The notes: generated by a model not told the origin, from the letters alone. Shown: positions 40,701-47,660, numbered from the stretch's first letter. The stretch is DNA of 64,000 bases from Ignavibacteria bacterium (GCA_016707005.1 JADJIQ010000005.1:460585-524584); one strand, 5' to 3'. Made by a program: numbers and translations.

Positions 40701-40745
40701 CACACTCCGTTGTCGCGAAGAGAACGCGGAATCGAATCGATTCAT
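28791..40745 (-). CDS. Giant T9SS-secreted adhesin-like protein of about 3984 aa, built from dozens of Ig-like/beta-sandwich domains.
   Basis: A continuous 12 kb ORF with a signal peptide (MNRFDSAFSSRQRSVGRWLQALLLTVITTAGLL; GGAGGA SD at -4). It has pervasive repeats of about 100 aa (YSTPA..GSTYAWTVSG...TLTV.ET) and a classical CTD (RVFPNPSNGQFSIE...GVYNVVVT...VVRLVRR). Alternative starts lie at 40799 and 41012. Confidence 0.85.
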   Translation of the reverse strand: MNRFDSAFSSRQRSVGRWLQALLLTVITTAGLLTGISVKAQTVDLLASPGPNPVCAGQNTTLRATLTAPGINIGYAVNGAAPGYAFAAPGGAEVNLALDDDEVSAEQNVAGQFRFHGRLIDLAVDGFYVGSNGFITFRNDPLAVQIAPRNLAAPGAGATYDAIYLANTDLSPQVGGQIWYELVGTTLIVTFDDVPYFYPNPPGPIPPGAPNPATVSVQLVLHLEGDADAGQIDIFVEQIDDNALNVQAAQDQHTIGLLSLCQPPQATIGQDQRPGAGGPFLNEVYSWVPGPLALAGTQTAFFRCPTPNVPCVGAGGTALGTIGGAGPTWDLVTALPAATVDRTWYYYGITTLNNCTTVQTADYAVVANAQPVAIGSITGTQNICQGATVQYVAVPSIATSTLAWSTTAPGATIILSGAQNQIADIQYPAGGSNAGTSYNIQVTETGPAPTNCSAISTFVNRVTIYSVPVGPLTVAPGAICAVATGSNNVTYSTPAGYGSYAWAFVTNTIGATFPAGSTNTKVVTVTNQPVQPAAAATVTVQVQAFNGPGNLCPGPVLQTSFTVNPLPPTNAVAGSVASVCAGTNMTYSITNNGGTGLVGVAGNTYTYTASGLPFVYTGGSAGYPNGTPLAANVVANQSRQLNWTAAGTGTMTVLETTASGCTRTYSTTTTVNPLPTPSIVGSNTPCQFVPATLGNPSYQSAPNPIQYSYTLNTVTVGNSYRWAVTGGGGTIVAANAATTTALPATSTTTPGNVNLGVSLITVQWSAPGAGTVTVDERTALGCNASSTLNVTVIATPPTGAFVLTGALATCASPAAPVAYTATGAGSHSFTISGGTPQAPFVGGYALGGPGVTGVGPGGFSVQWGAAGTGTISHEYTEGGCAAVKTYTITINPNPTFSIGAPAPTLCGNQAHTFSTLALVNGGGAPTYLWAEALDVDGIGTLGVNNNPTMIVTFTNPPAATSSYSLTLTVTNTTTTCAATVTQAFTINQVPSAPVITPVATACAASPQNPVSTTNYTITTAQAGSLAVNVTGAPVGTVVTGSPFAQPVGAVARTITWGQLPQNAALVPQSVVVTINAQLTSAAGCVSLVGSTNTTFYARPAPAPITFAPVLPFCVNTPVPINVAVATNGGAGQPGVNYVWVPGGGIVLNAAGPAPDLTRQITNLGGAGPKSITVTGVDAISGCGTSTVTNFVVDPVPTPSIVINVPTAGLNPNVVCQNLVDPVGMPHAGPFTYTYDFATPQVLGNTYSWQISNGYIVAYSTNNGGAYTTIAGNVAPVASQLLPGTLNASRVRVVFYGASPAKIKVTEVHPGGCGATTPDYNVTLNVIPTQYALGVTPQDICNTGAQTAPLTLANSQVGYSYQVQRSTNGGGTWANATVAAQNGTGAALNFVVPTADLAFTTVAPAPTVYLFRVVASNLAPVCGPYIVSTGDATVNVHQIPNAALAVTIAPTPVCFGDLVNVTVAGSENWVTYELFRRQIRDNATGAALPPAAFVSTGISAVGTGGALLLADNTNPVGGYPLLAAANYEYEVVATSNTNPPACFVILTQHPTATVFALPLVQANSYTPNPVCWEQPVIFTQAGSQDGVTYEILRNGVSMAPAVTFNGTGGAIGPISIPALSVLPTNPAVPTIVNFEVRAQLRTGAGVYARPIPASACPVSDAPGTDVTVNPKPVASFSGSNPACGPSVGTYTAATPSFGGWAATYDWKILGVVDNTVEIPVTTNPPTGTTPLVGNNTGFGTLNPFVTTWGTHLLSCNGVYNPLPVKVRMIETNVFGCPDTAVVTVTINPTVADATISGPTTACIYGGFEEHLTTYTVARAPGCVFPAGTTYLWNMPTGPVVGVIRSGQNTTSIVTEWHATGGTNIGQIQLAVTLPPSHGGCVTNLTYDVTVYPQPQPVITGPTQVCQNSTGSPTSTSIYTATLFTGDTYKWDVVGGTITTPGGATGTGVVGNPSTITAVNGNSITVTWGTTPNPNATITLTQTSVVGCLNRTTLNVNVNPTPNPVINGPGVVCDNAVASYSTANNAPANSYAWTMLGGSNATITAGANQATATVLTGAIGGGNSFTLQLVETTNATTCSKTVTRTITIVPTPAPTITRLTPGGATGGSCLNQVIQYGQTDPTAGTFSYKWTATSGIISDVTGNNPGPDNGTTVYVKWNTVGTGTITLAKWHTSSQCTTTVSQNVTITNPPAPAITGPTNVCGEQIATYSTPNVVGNTYSWSFSNGSIVSGSGTNALTIKFTNPGVGSTLSSNVTVTETNTLSGCTGSATVLVTIRYQPQVQTITGPTQVCAYNAVTNPGNVAYSVANNIGATYQWTVTGATIVSGATTNAVQVRWTTIGTQTLTVVEKEATGLCSATSTLNVAVTYMPAPSITGNLNACSNSAETYSTPAVAGSTYAWTVSGTVADRTTSGLTNNSITVQWLTAGTRTLTVIETAGLCTATATANVTVTAKPAPVITRVSPLGLLNQACLDETITYSTPNGGSTTYLWTVTGGTITGVNNANAVTINWTAIGNQTLSVVETSTVNTGCVGTTSLSVSVEEQPNPVISGGTPVCSGSTQTYSVTAVAGHTYNWSITGLAADRTITTSVTGSSMSVTWNNAGSYTVSVLQTNNSGNCSRTANLVVTVQQTPTATAISRVSGTPLNQACNGETISYSTPANGASSYLWTVVGGSINGSATGNVVSVTWQTVGNNTITVTETTTGTPCFKTVTQNVAVTRMPTPTISGNLNACSNSTEVYSTPAQAGSTYAWTVSGTATDRTIASGTTNNTITVLWLTAGTRTLTVTETAGLCVVTTTANVTVTAKPTPVITRTSPAGLLNQACLDETITYSTPNLGGTTYLWTVTGGTITGVNNANAVTVNWTALGNQTLTVVETATANTGCVGTTSLNVSVEEQPNPVISGGTPVCSGTTQTYSVTAVPGHTYNWTIGGTAADRTIVSSITGSSVTVTWNNAGTYAVGVTQTNVSGNCFRSATLNVTVQQTPTATAISRVTPGGAVNQACQGQTITYSTPFVGTSSYLWTATGGVINGTATANTVSVTWQTIGNNTLTVTETTTGTPCFKTVTQNVAVSYTPTPNITGSTVVCINKEHTYSTPAVPGSTYNWVITPTNAFATIAGYPTSNTITVRWIQPGLHTMSVTETALGGFCFTTTTVNIRVNPIPTPDIQSATGYGNPITRRPGIVCNNSTHVYSVTPTPGNVFQWVVTGGTITAGSNTNQITVLWGAAGNGTIACTETVPGSDCITTDTDTILIRPTPTPVVTGQVNPCGNSVQDYTTPFVSGNAYTWTVVGGTYVNLAPNTIRVTWSAPVWPNTTAATVSVREDVADVLPAGTCFGVNTLNVTIRPIPPTPSITGPSPVCATDLSDSPATINTATYTSSIPVITAGSGSLQPSWTVTNGVIVSGQGTLTIGVQWANSGLTPITGNLTVTHTSSFGCSATGSLSVTINPLPNPVISGPRSACQNSLQNYSTPGIPGNTYSWAVSGGNIIRAGQGTPNVTVEWTLPGAATLTVTEVNGFLCTVLNTINVTVNALPNAVLTASGQTTFCQGGDVTLSAPIGFSSYIWNTGETARSIVVRTTGKYWCTVTDENGCSNSSDTIQVNVFPSTLPIIAINAPTTFCEGGSVTLTAPSGFNAYLWSNGAQTQSIVVTQSGSYTVTVADNNGCTGTSTEVDVVVNPTPAPVLTLIGSANLCSGDSVEVRAPAGFVSYTWVSTSGTNYGTARSIIIRQTDTVYCQVVDVNGCVGSSDTVGITVAPVAPPVITANGPTTFCEGGAVTLTAPAGYASYIWSNGATGRTITVQNGGEFWVTVTNNTSCPANSTKTVVTVNSLPVIPTISRMGDVLTANSAVAQSWQWFRNGTMIAGATAKTYTVALPGSYRVEIADNNTCASVSEAFDVILTDVDEDVVAGRQAELRVFPNPSNGQFSIETTITQAGPVRIELVNAVGELVMTLNEAANGGAFRTSVDMGILANGVYNVVVTTGSERWVVRLVRR
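31500..33650. repeat. Intragenic tandem duplication inside the giant gene: two units of about 1.05 kb (about 350 aa) at roughly 85-90% nt identity.
   Basis: Hand alignment shows, for example, 32221 ccgcccgttactgtccagaggtacgttgta... against 33271 ccacctgttaccgtccagaggtacgttgtg..., an offset of about 1050 nt. Protein blocks RMPAPSITGNLNACSNS... and RMPTPTISGNLNACSNS... match. Boundaries are approximate. Confidence 0.7.
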
Positions 40746-41217
40746 ACGATCCTCCAAATGAGACTTTGAAATACTGTTACTCTTACTGTTATTCTTCATA
40801 GTTGACGTGGTCTGTTCCCCATTCACAAACACCAATTGGCGCCCGAGGCGCCTTGATTTTTCAGATTGTGCATTGTCGCGTAGAGTCATAATGTCCTTCC
40901 GAACCGTTGGATTGAAACGGCACGGCGCACAACACCCCCGTTGCCAGAGGCGTGTACATCGTCGCGAAAATAGGTCGACGGAGCGGTTCCACCAAACACG
41001 ACTTTGCCACAAAGCATCATATATGCCATGGGACTAGCGTTTTTCGCGAATATGTTCTGCGTCGTCTGAGTCATTGTCTTCGATCAGCGTTGTTTTTATG
41101 TGTTGCTACGTGGTTCTACGTAGACAAACCTGTGAAACAGATTCCACACCACCAAGGACATTGGACCAGATCACGGTGGGTCACCCCCCGAAATCCAGCC
41201 CACCTTGATGGCAGGAG

Positions 41218-42243
41218 CTATTCCACAAGCCCCGTGCCAAATTCCTGGGAGTTACGCATATCGTGCACGTATTTCCATAGGTCTTCGATGAGTTCGGTGA
41301 TGCCTTCTTGAGCAACGGCTGAGATGATCTTTGCCTTGTGCTTCTTTACAAACTTGCCTTTAGCCAGTTCTGCGAGCTCGTCAGGGGTGAGGGTGTCGGC
41401 CTTGGTGAGTCTCACAAGCCATGGTTTCTTGAGGAGCGACGCGGAATATTGGCCCAATTCATTACGAAGGGTCTTTAGGTCCTTTTCAGGATCCTCAGAC
41501 ATCACGTCGATCATAAAGAGGAGAACTGCGGTCCGTTCGATGTGACGAAGGAACTGGATCCCAAGCCCCTTGCCCTCATGAGCCCCCTCGATCAGTCCAG
41601 GGATGTCAGCAACGGTGAAGCTGCGATACTCACCTGCCCGCACAAGCCCAAGGTTGGGCACCAAGGTTGTGAACGGATAGTCTGCGATCTTGGGCCGCGC
41701 TGCCGAGATCGTGGCAATCAGCGTGCTCTTGCCGGCATTTGGGAACCCTACAAGACCAACATCTGCCAAGATCTTGAGTTCGAACTCAATGTCTCGCTCT
41801 TCCCCTGGCGTTCCGGGGTCTGACATACGGGGCGCCTGGTTGATCGATGTCACAAACTCGGAGTTGCCCCGACCGCCCATGCCGCCATGGGCAACAGTAA
41901 CTCGCTGACCCTGCTGGGTTAGGTCGGCGATCTGCTCCTTTGTCACCTTGTCGCGTATCACGGTCCCTACCGGAACACGGATGACCACGTCATCCCCACT
42001 CCTGCCTGTACAGTTGCTCTGTCCGCCTCGTGCCCCACTCACGGCCTTGTAGTGCCTGCGGTACGTAAAGTCAAGCAGCGTACCGAGTTGACGGTCGGCC
42101 TCGATGATGATGGAGCCACCTTTCCCGCCGTTTCCGCCGTCGGGACCACCCTTGGGGACGTATTTCTCGCGTCGGAATGAGATGTGGCCGGGACCACCAT
42201 CACCGGCCTTGACGTTGATCCAGGCGGTATCGATAAAGTTCAT
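41218..42243 (-). CDS. obg: GTPase Obg/CgtA.
   Basis: The Obg fold N-terminus (FIDTAWINVKAGDGGPGHISFRREKYVPKGGPDGGNGGKGG) is present, with G-motifs GFPNAGKST and DIPGLIEGA. Start is at MNFID (42243). Confidence 0.95.
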   Translation of the reverse strand: MNFIDTAWINVKAGDGGPGHISFRREKYVPKGGPDGGNGGKGGSIIIEADRQLGTLLDFTYRRHYKAVSGARGGQSNCTGRSGDDVVIRVPVGTVIRDKVTKEQIADLTQQGQRVTVAHGGMGGRGNSEFVTSINQAPRMSDPGTPGEERDIEFELKILADVGLVGFPNAGKSTLIATISAARPKIADYPFTTLVPNLGLVRAGEYRSFTVADIPGLIEGAHEGKGLGIQFLRHIERTAVLLFMIDVMSEDPEKDLKTLRNELGQYSASLLKKPWLVRLTKADTLTPDELAELAKGKFVKKHKAKIISAVAQEGITELIEDLWKYVHDMRNSQEFGTGLVE

Positions 42244-43421
42244 ACAAAGCTCCTGTGCAGGGCCTGGGCAAATTCCATGGCTGCCGTACTGTCCGGCGCC
42301 ACTCCCTGACGGGCAAAAAATCTGTCGACTACTCCGGCTGCTTCCTTCCACTCGGCACACCTGAGCACGTCGGAAACCACCCGTGAATACAACTCCGCGT
42401 CTTTATTGAAGACTTTCTTGATCACCCGTTCCTTTGAGCTGACATCGAGCATGGTTCTGAAACGCTCTTCCCTGCCGGCGTGTACATCCGGGATGTCTGG
42501 AACCTCGGGGATCTCGGCCGTTATCTCGGTTTCCACGAGTTCAGGAACCGGCTCTGGTAATGGTTCGGGTACAGGTTCGGGCACTGGTATCGGGTCAGAA
42601 GGCGCTGGTGTGATCGCTTCGGGAACGGTCTCTTCGATGTTGGCGATCACGGTATCGATCACGTCAAAGAACTTGAGGCGGGTAAGGGCGCGGAGCTCTT
42701 CCCGATACAGCAGGCGCTCCAGAGCTTGGGAGATCGGGACAGCCCCTTTATCATCGAGGAAGATGATCACGGCCTCGGTAGGGACGGATTCAGGTGGTAG
42801 GTCGGGGTCCGCCTCCGCAAAGAAGGCATAGATGCCATCGAGCAGGCGGACAAACTCGTCCTGAGACAGATCGAGGATGGCATCGTTGTCCACCTTCTCT
42901 ACGATCCGCTCGAACTCCACAACGCTGAGGATCTCGTTGGCCGAGGACTCTGCCGGACGTGCCTTGGCCCATTGGCGGATGCCTTCCAGCAGGTAGGTGT
43001 TATCTGTGAGGTAGTTGAGCCGGAGAAGGATCTCGTAAAGGGGCTTGGTGGGCTCCCCACGGAAAACGAACCACTTTAGGGTGGTACGCGGCCGTACGAG
43101 AAAATTCAGTCGGGTCTTAACAGCAGCATCGATCGTGGCGGTCAGTTCCTCATGATCGAACCTGGCGGACTTGATGTAGAGATCATCGAGTTTGGGGAAC
43201 ATGGCACGCAACGCCTCATTCCCGGTATCGAACCGCGGATTGGACGAACGGATTGCCCTCTCTTCATGGAGCCACCACTCGGCTTCCGCACGGAAATACG
43301 CGCGGTAGGCGGGATGAACGTTCTCATTGGCCAAGATGGCCGAGAGGGGGATGCTGGGCTGACGCGTGTCGAGCTGTTGTTTCAGCTGTTTGCGGACACG
43401 GTCAAGTTCCTTTTCAAACAT
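42240..43421 (-). CDS. Hypothetical protein with a Pro/Glu-rich linker (PEPVPEPLPEPVPE).
   Basis: A 393-aa ORF overlapping obg by 4 nt. No recognisable catalytic motifs were found. Confidence 0.55.
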   Translation of the reverse strand: MFEKELDRVRKQLKQQLDTRQPSIPLSAILANENVHPAYRAYFRAEAEWWLHEERAIRSSNPRFDTGNEALRAMFPKLDDLYIKSARFDHEELTATIDAAVKTRLNFLVRPRTTLKWFVFRGEPTKPLYEILLRLNYLTDNTYLLEGIRQWAKARPAESSANEILSVVEFERIVEKVDNDAILDLSQDEFVRLLDGIYAFFAEADPDLPPESVPTEAVIIFLDDKGAVPISQALERLLYREELRALTRLKFFDVIDTVIANIEETVPEAITPAPSDPIPVPEPVPEPLPEPVPELVETEITAEIPEVPDIPDVHAGREERFRTMLDVSSKERVIKKVFNKDAELYSRVVSDVLRCAEWKEAAGVVDRFFARQGVAPDSTAAMEFAQALHRSFV

Positions 43422-43469
43422 GGAATCTGTATCTCTGTGCTAGCACGCAAGATACGACATACCAAGCGC

Positions 43470-43844
43470 TCAATGCCCAGCTACGCCAAAGCGTGGCTCT
43501 TGGGTCTTCTTCTTTCGCAGTTTCTCGTAACGCTTGTCAACCTCCACCGGCACGGGCGGAAGATCATACAGATCCACGGTTGGGGACTCGATCTGGTTCA
43601 CCGCACGAACTACCGTGATGTTGGGCTGAGATGTCCACCACACCACGCCTCCAAGCAACCCAAGAACTGTTGTGGCAACGATCAGCAACCTATAGACGGC
43701 CCCGCCGCTGCGGGCCTTCTTTAACACCTTGTCCTCAAAGGAGACCGGTGTTTCGATCGGCGGCAGTGAAGACAACAACGAACGCAGATAGACAACGCGC
43801 TCAAAATCGTCGGGAGGTTGAACTGGGGATAGAGTAGACATCAC
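43470..43844 (-). CDS. Putative membrane-anchored anti-sigma factor.
   Basis: It lies immediately downstream of and coupled to the ECF sigma gene, with a single TM (LLIVATTVLGLLGGVVWW) and a short N-terminal cytoplasmic part. Confidence 0.5.
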   Translation of the reverse strand: MMSTLSPVQPPDDFERVVYLRSLLSSLPPIETPVSFEDKVLKKARSGGAVYRLLIVATTVLGLLGGVVWWTSQPNITVVRAVNQIESPTVDLYDLPPVPVEVDKRYEKLRKKKTQEPRFGVAGH

Positions 43845-44482
43845 TATTCCTGCGAGGGAAAGACCTCATTGTAGAGATCGCGTAAGAGTTCCTGAAGCTG
43901 TGCACGACCTCGGTTGATACGGCTCTTCACCGTTCCCATCTCCGTTTTCGTGATCTCGGCTATCTCCTCGTAGGTGAGCTGCTGAACATCCCGAAGGATC
44001 ACCATTTCACGATAGGTAGGAGACACACTCAATAAGGCACGTTGAACATCCTGAACGATCCGTGTTCTATCGACTTGATCATCAGGGCGATATGTTTCAT
44101 CAGGGATGTCCCAAACTGAATCATCTTCGCCCACACTGAATTCCTCGCTTAGGCTTGTACCGAATCTTCTGCGATATCGCTTCAGCTCCGTACGAGCAAG
44201 ATTGGATGCGATCGTATACAGCCACGTCGAAAACTTCACTTCGCCAACAAAGGTGTGGCCAAAACGATACAAGCGCACAAACGTCTCCTGCGCAACGTCG
44301 ACGGCGTCGTCGTAGTTACCCAAGAATCGGTAGGTGTACGTCGTGATAGGCTCCTTATACCGGCGCATGAGTGCAACGAAGGCCGCTTCGTCACCCTCGA
44401 GATACCGTTTCAGAAGATCTTCATCAGTGGCGTTATGTCGGACCGACTGCATTGATTCTGCAGTTATACCATTACCTGACAT
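43844..44482 (-). CDS. ECF-type RNA polymerase sigma-70 factor.
   Basis: Sigma-70 region 2 (FVALMRRYKEPITTYTYRFLGNYDDAVDVAQETFVRLYR) and region 4 (LTYEEIAEITKTEMGTVKSRINRGRAQL) are present. Confidence 0.85.
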   Translation of the reverse strand: MSGNGITAESMQSVRHNATDEDLLKRYLEGDEAAFVALMRRYKEPITTYTYRFLGNYDDAVDVAQETFVRLYRFGHTFVGEVKFSTWLYTIASNLARTELKRYRRRFGTSLSEEFSVGEDDSVWDIPDETYRPDDQVDRTRIVQDVQRALLSVSPTYREMVILRDVQQLTYEEIAEITKTEMGTVKSRINRGRAQLQELLRDLYNEVFPSQE

Positions 44483-44491
44483 GTTTGTTCC

Positions 44492-45856
44492 CTATCTGAA
44501 CAACGCACTGAGTACATGCGACAATCGCTCTACTGGTACGATGTTCTTTGAAGGGGCTTCTGCAGACGTTGGAGCATAGATCTGATCCAGTCCCAACCGC
44601 ACCGCTTCGCCCACTCTCTGATCAAGATAGGCAACCCTACGTACCTCACCCGTTAAACCTAGTTCCCCAACAAAGGCAACTCCCGAAGGAATAGGTCTAT
44701 CAGTTACGCTGCTCGCAATGGCTACCGCCACTCCGAGGTCGATCGCAGGGTCTTGCACGGCGATCCCACCAGCCACATTGACAAACACGTCACTCTGACG
44801 CACCTGCACGCCCCCTCGCTTCTCAAGAACGGCAAGGATCATCTGGAGTCTCTTCGTATCGTAGCCAGTGCTCACACGCTGCGGAACGCTATATCCGGTT
44901 GGGGAGACCAAGGCCTGTACTTCTACGAGGAGTGGACGTGTTCCCTCCATCACAGCTACAACAGCAGTGCCGGGTTCGTCCATACTCCTGTTGGAGAGCA
45001 ATACTTCACTTGGATTGTGCACCTCACGCAGACCGCTCGAGGTCATGTCGAAGACGCCGATCTCATTCGTTGACCCGTAGCGATTCTTCAATGCACGCAA
45101 CACGCGATACGAATAGGTGCCTTCACCTTCGAACTGCAACACGGCATCGACCATGTGTTCAAGTACCTTCGGTCCGGCAATGAGGCCATCCTTGGTAACG
45201 TGACCGATGATGATGATCGGAATACCACTGCGTTTTGCGATCCGCGTTAGAAGCGACGTACACTCGCGAACCTGAGCCACACTGCCGGCCGATGACTCCA
45301 TGAGATCGGTCGTGATGGTCTGCACGGAATCCACCACAACAAGCGATGGCGTTGTGTGTTCGATCAAGGCAACGATGCGTTCAACATTCGTTTCTGACGC
45401 TACAATGATGCCGTCACTCTTCACACCTAGTCGTTCAGCACGTTGCTTGATCTGATGCAGACTCTCTTCACCAGTCACATACAGACATGCACGGTCAGGT
45501 ACAAGAGCTCCCGCATGGGCTGCAAGCTGCAACATGAGCGTACTCTTCCCCATTCCCGGATCGCCCCCTACCAGCACGATACTCCCTGGTACGAGTCCGC
45601 CTCCTAACACTCGATCGAGCTCATCCATTCCGGTGTGGATGCGGGGCGCTTGATCTGCCATCACACTTGTAAGGGGCGTAGCAGCTCCCGCAACAACATC
45701 GATCGATGAACGATTGGATCGCCCCTTACCCTTGGAAGTCTGTGCATCAACTTCTTCGATCATGGATTCCCATGTTCCGCAAGCCGGACAACGGCCAAGC
45801 CATTTCGGAGCTACATGTCCGCAGGACGAACAGCGATAGACGGTGCGTATCTTCAT
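44492..45856 (-). CDS. radA: DNA repair protein RadA/Sms.
   Basis: It has an N-terminal C4 zinc finger (YRCSSCGHVAPKWLGRCPACGTW), Walker A (GDPGMGKSTLMLQ), a KNRFG motif and a Lon-like C-terminal domain. Start is at MKIRT. Confidence 0.93.
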   Translation of the reverse strand: MKIRTVYRCSSCGHVAPKWLGRCPACGTWESMIEEVDAQTSKGKGRSNRSSIDVVAGAATPLTSVMADQAPRIHTGMDELDRVLGGGLVPGSIVLVGGDPGMGKSTLMLQLAAHAGALVPDRACLYVTGEESLHQIKQRAERLGVKSDGIIVASETNVERIVALIEHTTPSLVVVDSVQTITTDLMESSAGSVAQVRECTSLLTRIAKRSGIPIIIIGHVTKDGLIAGPKVLEHMVDAVLQFEGEGTYSYRVLRALKNRYGSTNEIGVFDMTSSGLREVHNPSEVLLSNRSMDEPGTAVVAVMEGTRPLLVEVQALVSPTGYSVPQRVSTGYDTKRLQMILAVLEKRGGVQVRQSDVFVNVAGGIAVQDPAIDLGVAVAIASSVTDRPIPSGVAFVGELGLTGEVRRVAYLDQRVGEAVRLGLDQIYAPTSAEAPSKNIVPVERLSHVLSALFR

Positions 45857-45900
45857 TGGTGTTTCGTTTGTGAATCTCAAAGCTAGGGAATGTTCGTCGC

Positions 45901-46821
45901 GTGAACTCTTCAAACATCTCCATACACGATGCCTACGAAGTGTGTCGCAAGGTCACCTACATCCATGCAAAGACCTTCTACTTCGCATCGCGCTTCATCC
46001 CGCTCAATAAACGGAATGCCTGCTATGCGGTGTATGCATTCTGTCGGTACGTAGACGATCTCGTAGATGTGGCAATGGAGCAGGGAAACGTGACGCGGGA
46101 AGATGCCGTGCGTCTTGTTTCTCAGTGGAAGGCGGACTTGGACTCCGTCTACGCCCGCTCTCTAACCACTATACCGGACGCAACCGAGCGCAGCGCCATC
46201 CTTCTTGCATGGGATGACACACTTACTCGCTTCCACATACCGCGCGGCTTACCTGATGAGCTGATCGAAGGCGTCTTAATGGATACGTCCATCACACGTT
46301 TTGATTCCTTCGATGATCTATGGACGTACTGCTACAAGGTAGCATCTGTTGTTGGACTCATGACGTCGGAGATCTTTGGGTATTCGTGCAAAACGGCTCT
46401 TCCTCGAGCAGTGGACCTCGGCATCGCTATGCAACTCACGAATATCATCCGCGATGTTGGCGAAGACGCGCAACGGGGTAGGATCTATCTTCCGCAAGAA
46501 GACTTGGATCGATACGACGTGAGTGAGGATGACATTCTCAGCCAACGATTCACTCCGAACGTACGATCACTGATACGCAGCTACGTAGAGCGCGCGCATG
46601 AATACTACGAAGCGGCGGAACCTGGCATCGCAATGCTTTCCAGCGACAGTCGGATCACGGTGCTGCTGATGAGCAGAAACTATCGACGCATCCTGCGCGT
46701 GGTGGAGTCCATGGACTACAACGTGTTCCTACGCAGAGCAAGTACATCGATGTATGAGAAGATCCTCGCCATTCCATCTGCGTACTTAGAGTCGCGCAGA
46801 ATGCCACGTGTTCACTCGTAG
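45901..46821 (+). CDS. crtB: Phytoene/squalene synthase family enzyme (CrtB-like).
   Basis: Asp-rich motifs (YVDDLVDV, RDVGEDAQRGRIYLPQED) typical of the trans-isoprenyl diphosphate synthase head-to-head family are present. The apparent start is GTG at 45901, so the start is uncertain. Confidence 0.8.
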   Translation: MNSSNISIHDAYEVCRKVTYIHAKTFYFASRFIPLNKRNACYAVYAFCRYVDDLVDVAMEQGNVTREDAVRLVSQWKADLDSVYARSLTTIPDATERSAILLAWDDTLTRFHIPRGLPDELIEGVLMDTSITRFDSFDDLWTYCYKVASVVGLMTSEIFGYSCKTALPRAVDLGIAMQLTNIIRDVGEDAQRGRIYLPQEDLDRYDVSEDDILSQRFTPNVRSLIRSYVERAHEYYEAAEPGIAMLSSDSRITVLLMSRNYRRILRVVESMDYNVFLRRASTSMYEKILAIPSAYLESRRMPRVHS

Positions 46822-47654
46822 TAGAACACAACGTCCGTAACGTTGAACTGGCCGTATTCAAAGTCCCCCGAGTCAAGATTCCACACGAAGTCAACCTCCG
46901 TTGGTATCATCACACCATCGATCTCGCGGTAGTTCCTGCAATGCAGCGTAAACGTTGCTTGTTCGAATCCGCTCTTATGATCGCGATACTTATCACCGGT
47001 AACGATTCGGTCTACTTCACCAATATCGTTCACATGGAACGTTGCCTGAACCTGCGTCTCCCCATCCGTGATAACAGCACGAGCAGTTGACGCGTCGATC
47101 TCTTCCCAACGCAAGGTGTTGGTTGGCAAGAGTCCGGTTGGCAACCATACAAGTTCGCTCAGGAATCGGAACAGCATTGAGGTATCTGTCTCGGGGCCTT
47201 CATACTCTTGCAGCGTGAGCGCTCCAAAGAGCTTCAAATGTCCGTGACCTGTTCCGTGCATGTAGCTGAGTTTTGCCGTGCGCCACCATGCGGCATTGTG
47301 TTTCAGAGTGGCGTCCCACACGAATCCTGGTTCCATACCCGACAACACTTCCTTGGCCTTCACAGTGAACCACGGACTGCCCGGGCGATGTCGGAATCGT
47401 GCCGTCTGCTGTAACACTGCATACCGGATGTTCGCCTGTCCTTCCTTCAGTGCATAATGCAGATATCTCCGCACCGGCTCCGGAAGTTTACGCGCTAGTT
47501 CCGATGAGAAATGCGGAAGGGGCTCCTTCCCAACCGAGTTGATGAGCTTGCGGATCGCACTTGCAACGAAGATGCGTGATACAAGTGCACTGAGTGACAC
47601 CAAGACCACGATCGTACCGATGGAAGCAAGAAGGATGACGAGGATCTTAGGCAT
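46812..47654 (-). CDS. Hypothetical protein with an N-terminal TM anchor.
   Basis: A 280-aa ORF. Its 3' end overlaps the convergent crtB 3' end by 10 nt. No motif was recognised. Confidence 0.5.
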   Translation of the reverse strand: MPKILVILLASIGTIVVLVSLSALVSRIFVASAIRKLINSVGKEPLPHFSSELARKLPEPVRRYLHYALKEGQANIRYAVLQQTARFRHRPGSPWFTVKAKEVLSGMEPGFVWDATLKHNAAWWRTAKLSYMHGTGHGHLKLFGALTLQEYEGPETDTSMLFRFLSELVWLPTGLLPTNTLRWEEIDASTARAVITDGETQVQATFHVNDIGEVDRIVTGDKYRDHKSGFEQATFTLHCRNYREIDGVMIPTEVDFVWNLDSGDFEYGQFNVTDVVFYYE

Positions 47655-47660
47655 GATTCA

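Noticed and set aside
40746-41012. Upstream extension of the giant gene to the first in-frame ATG at 41012 (4073 aa).
   Set aside because: The extension lacks a signal peptide. The internal ATG at 40745 is preceded by a GGAGGA SD and starts a canonical signal peptide. 40799 remains a minor alternative.
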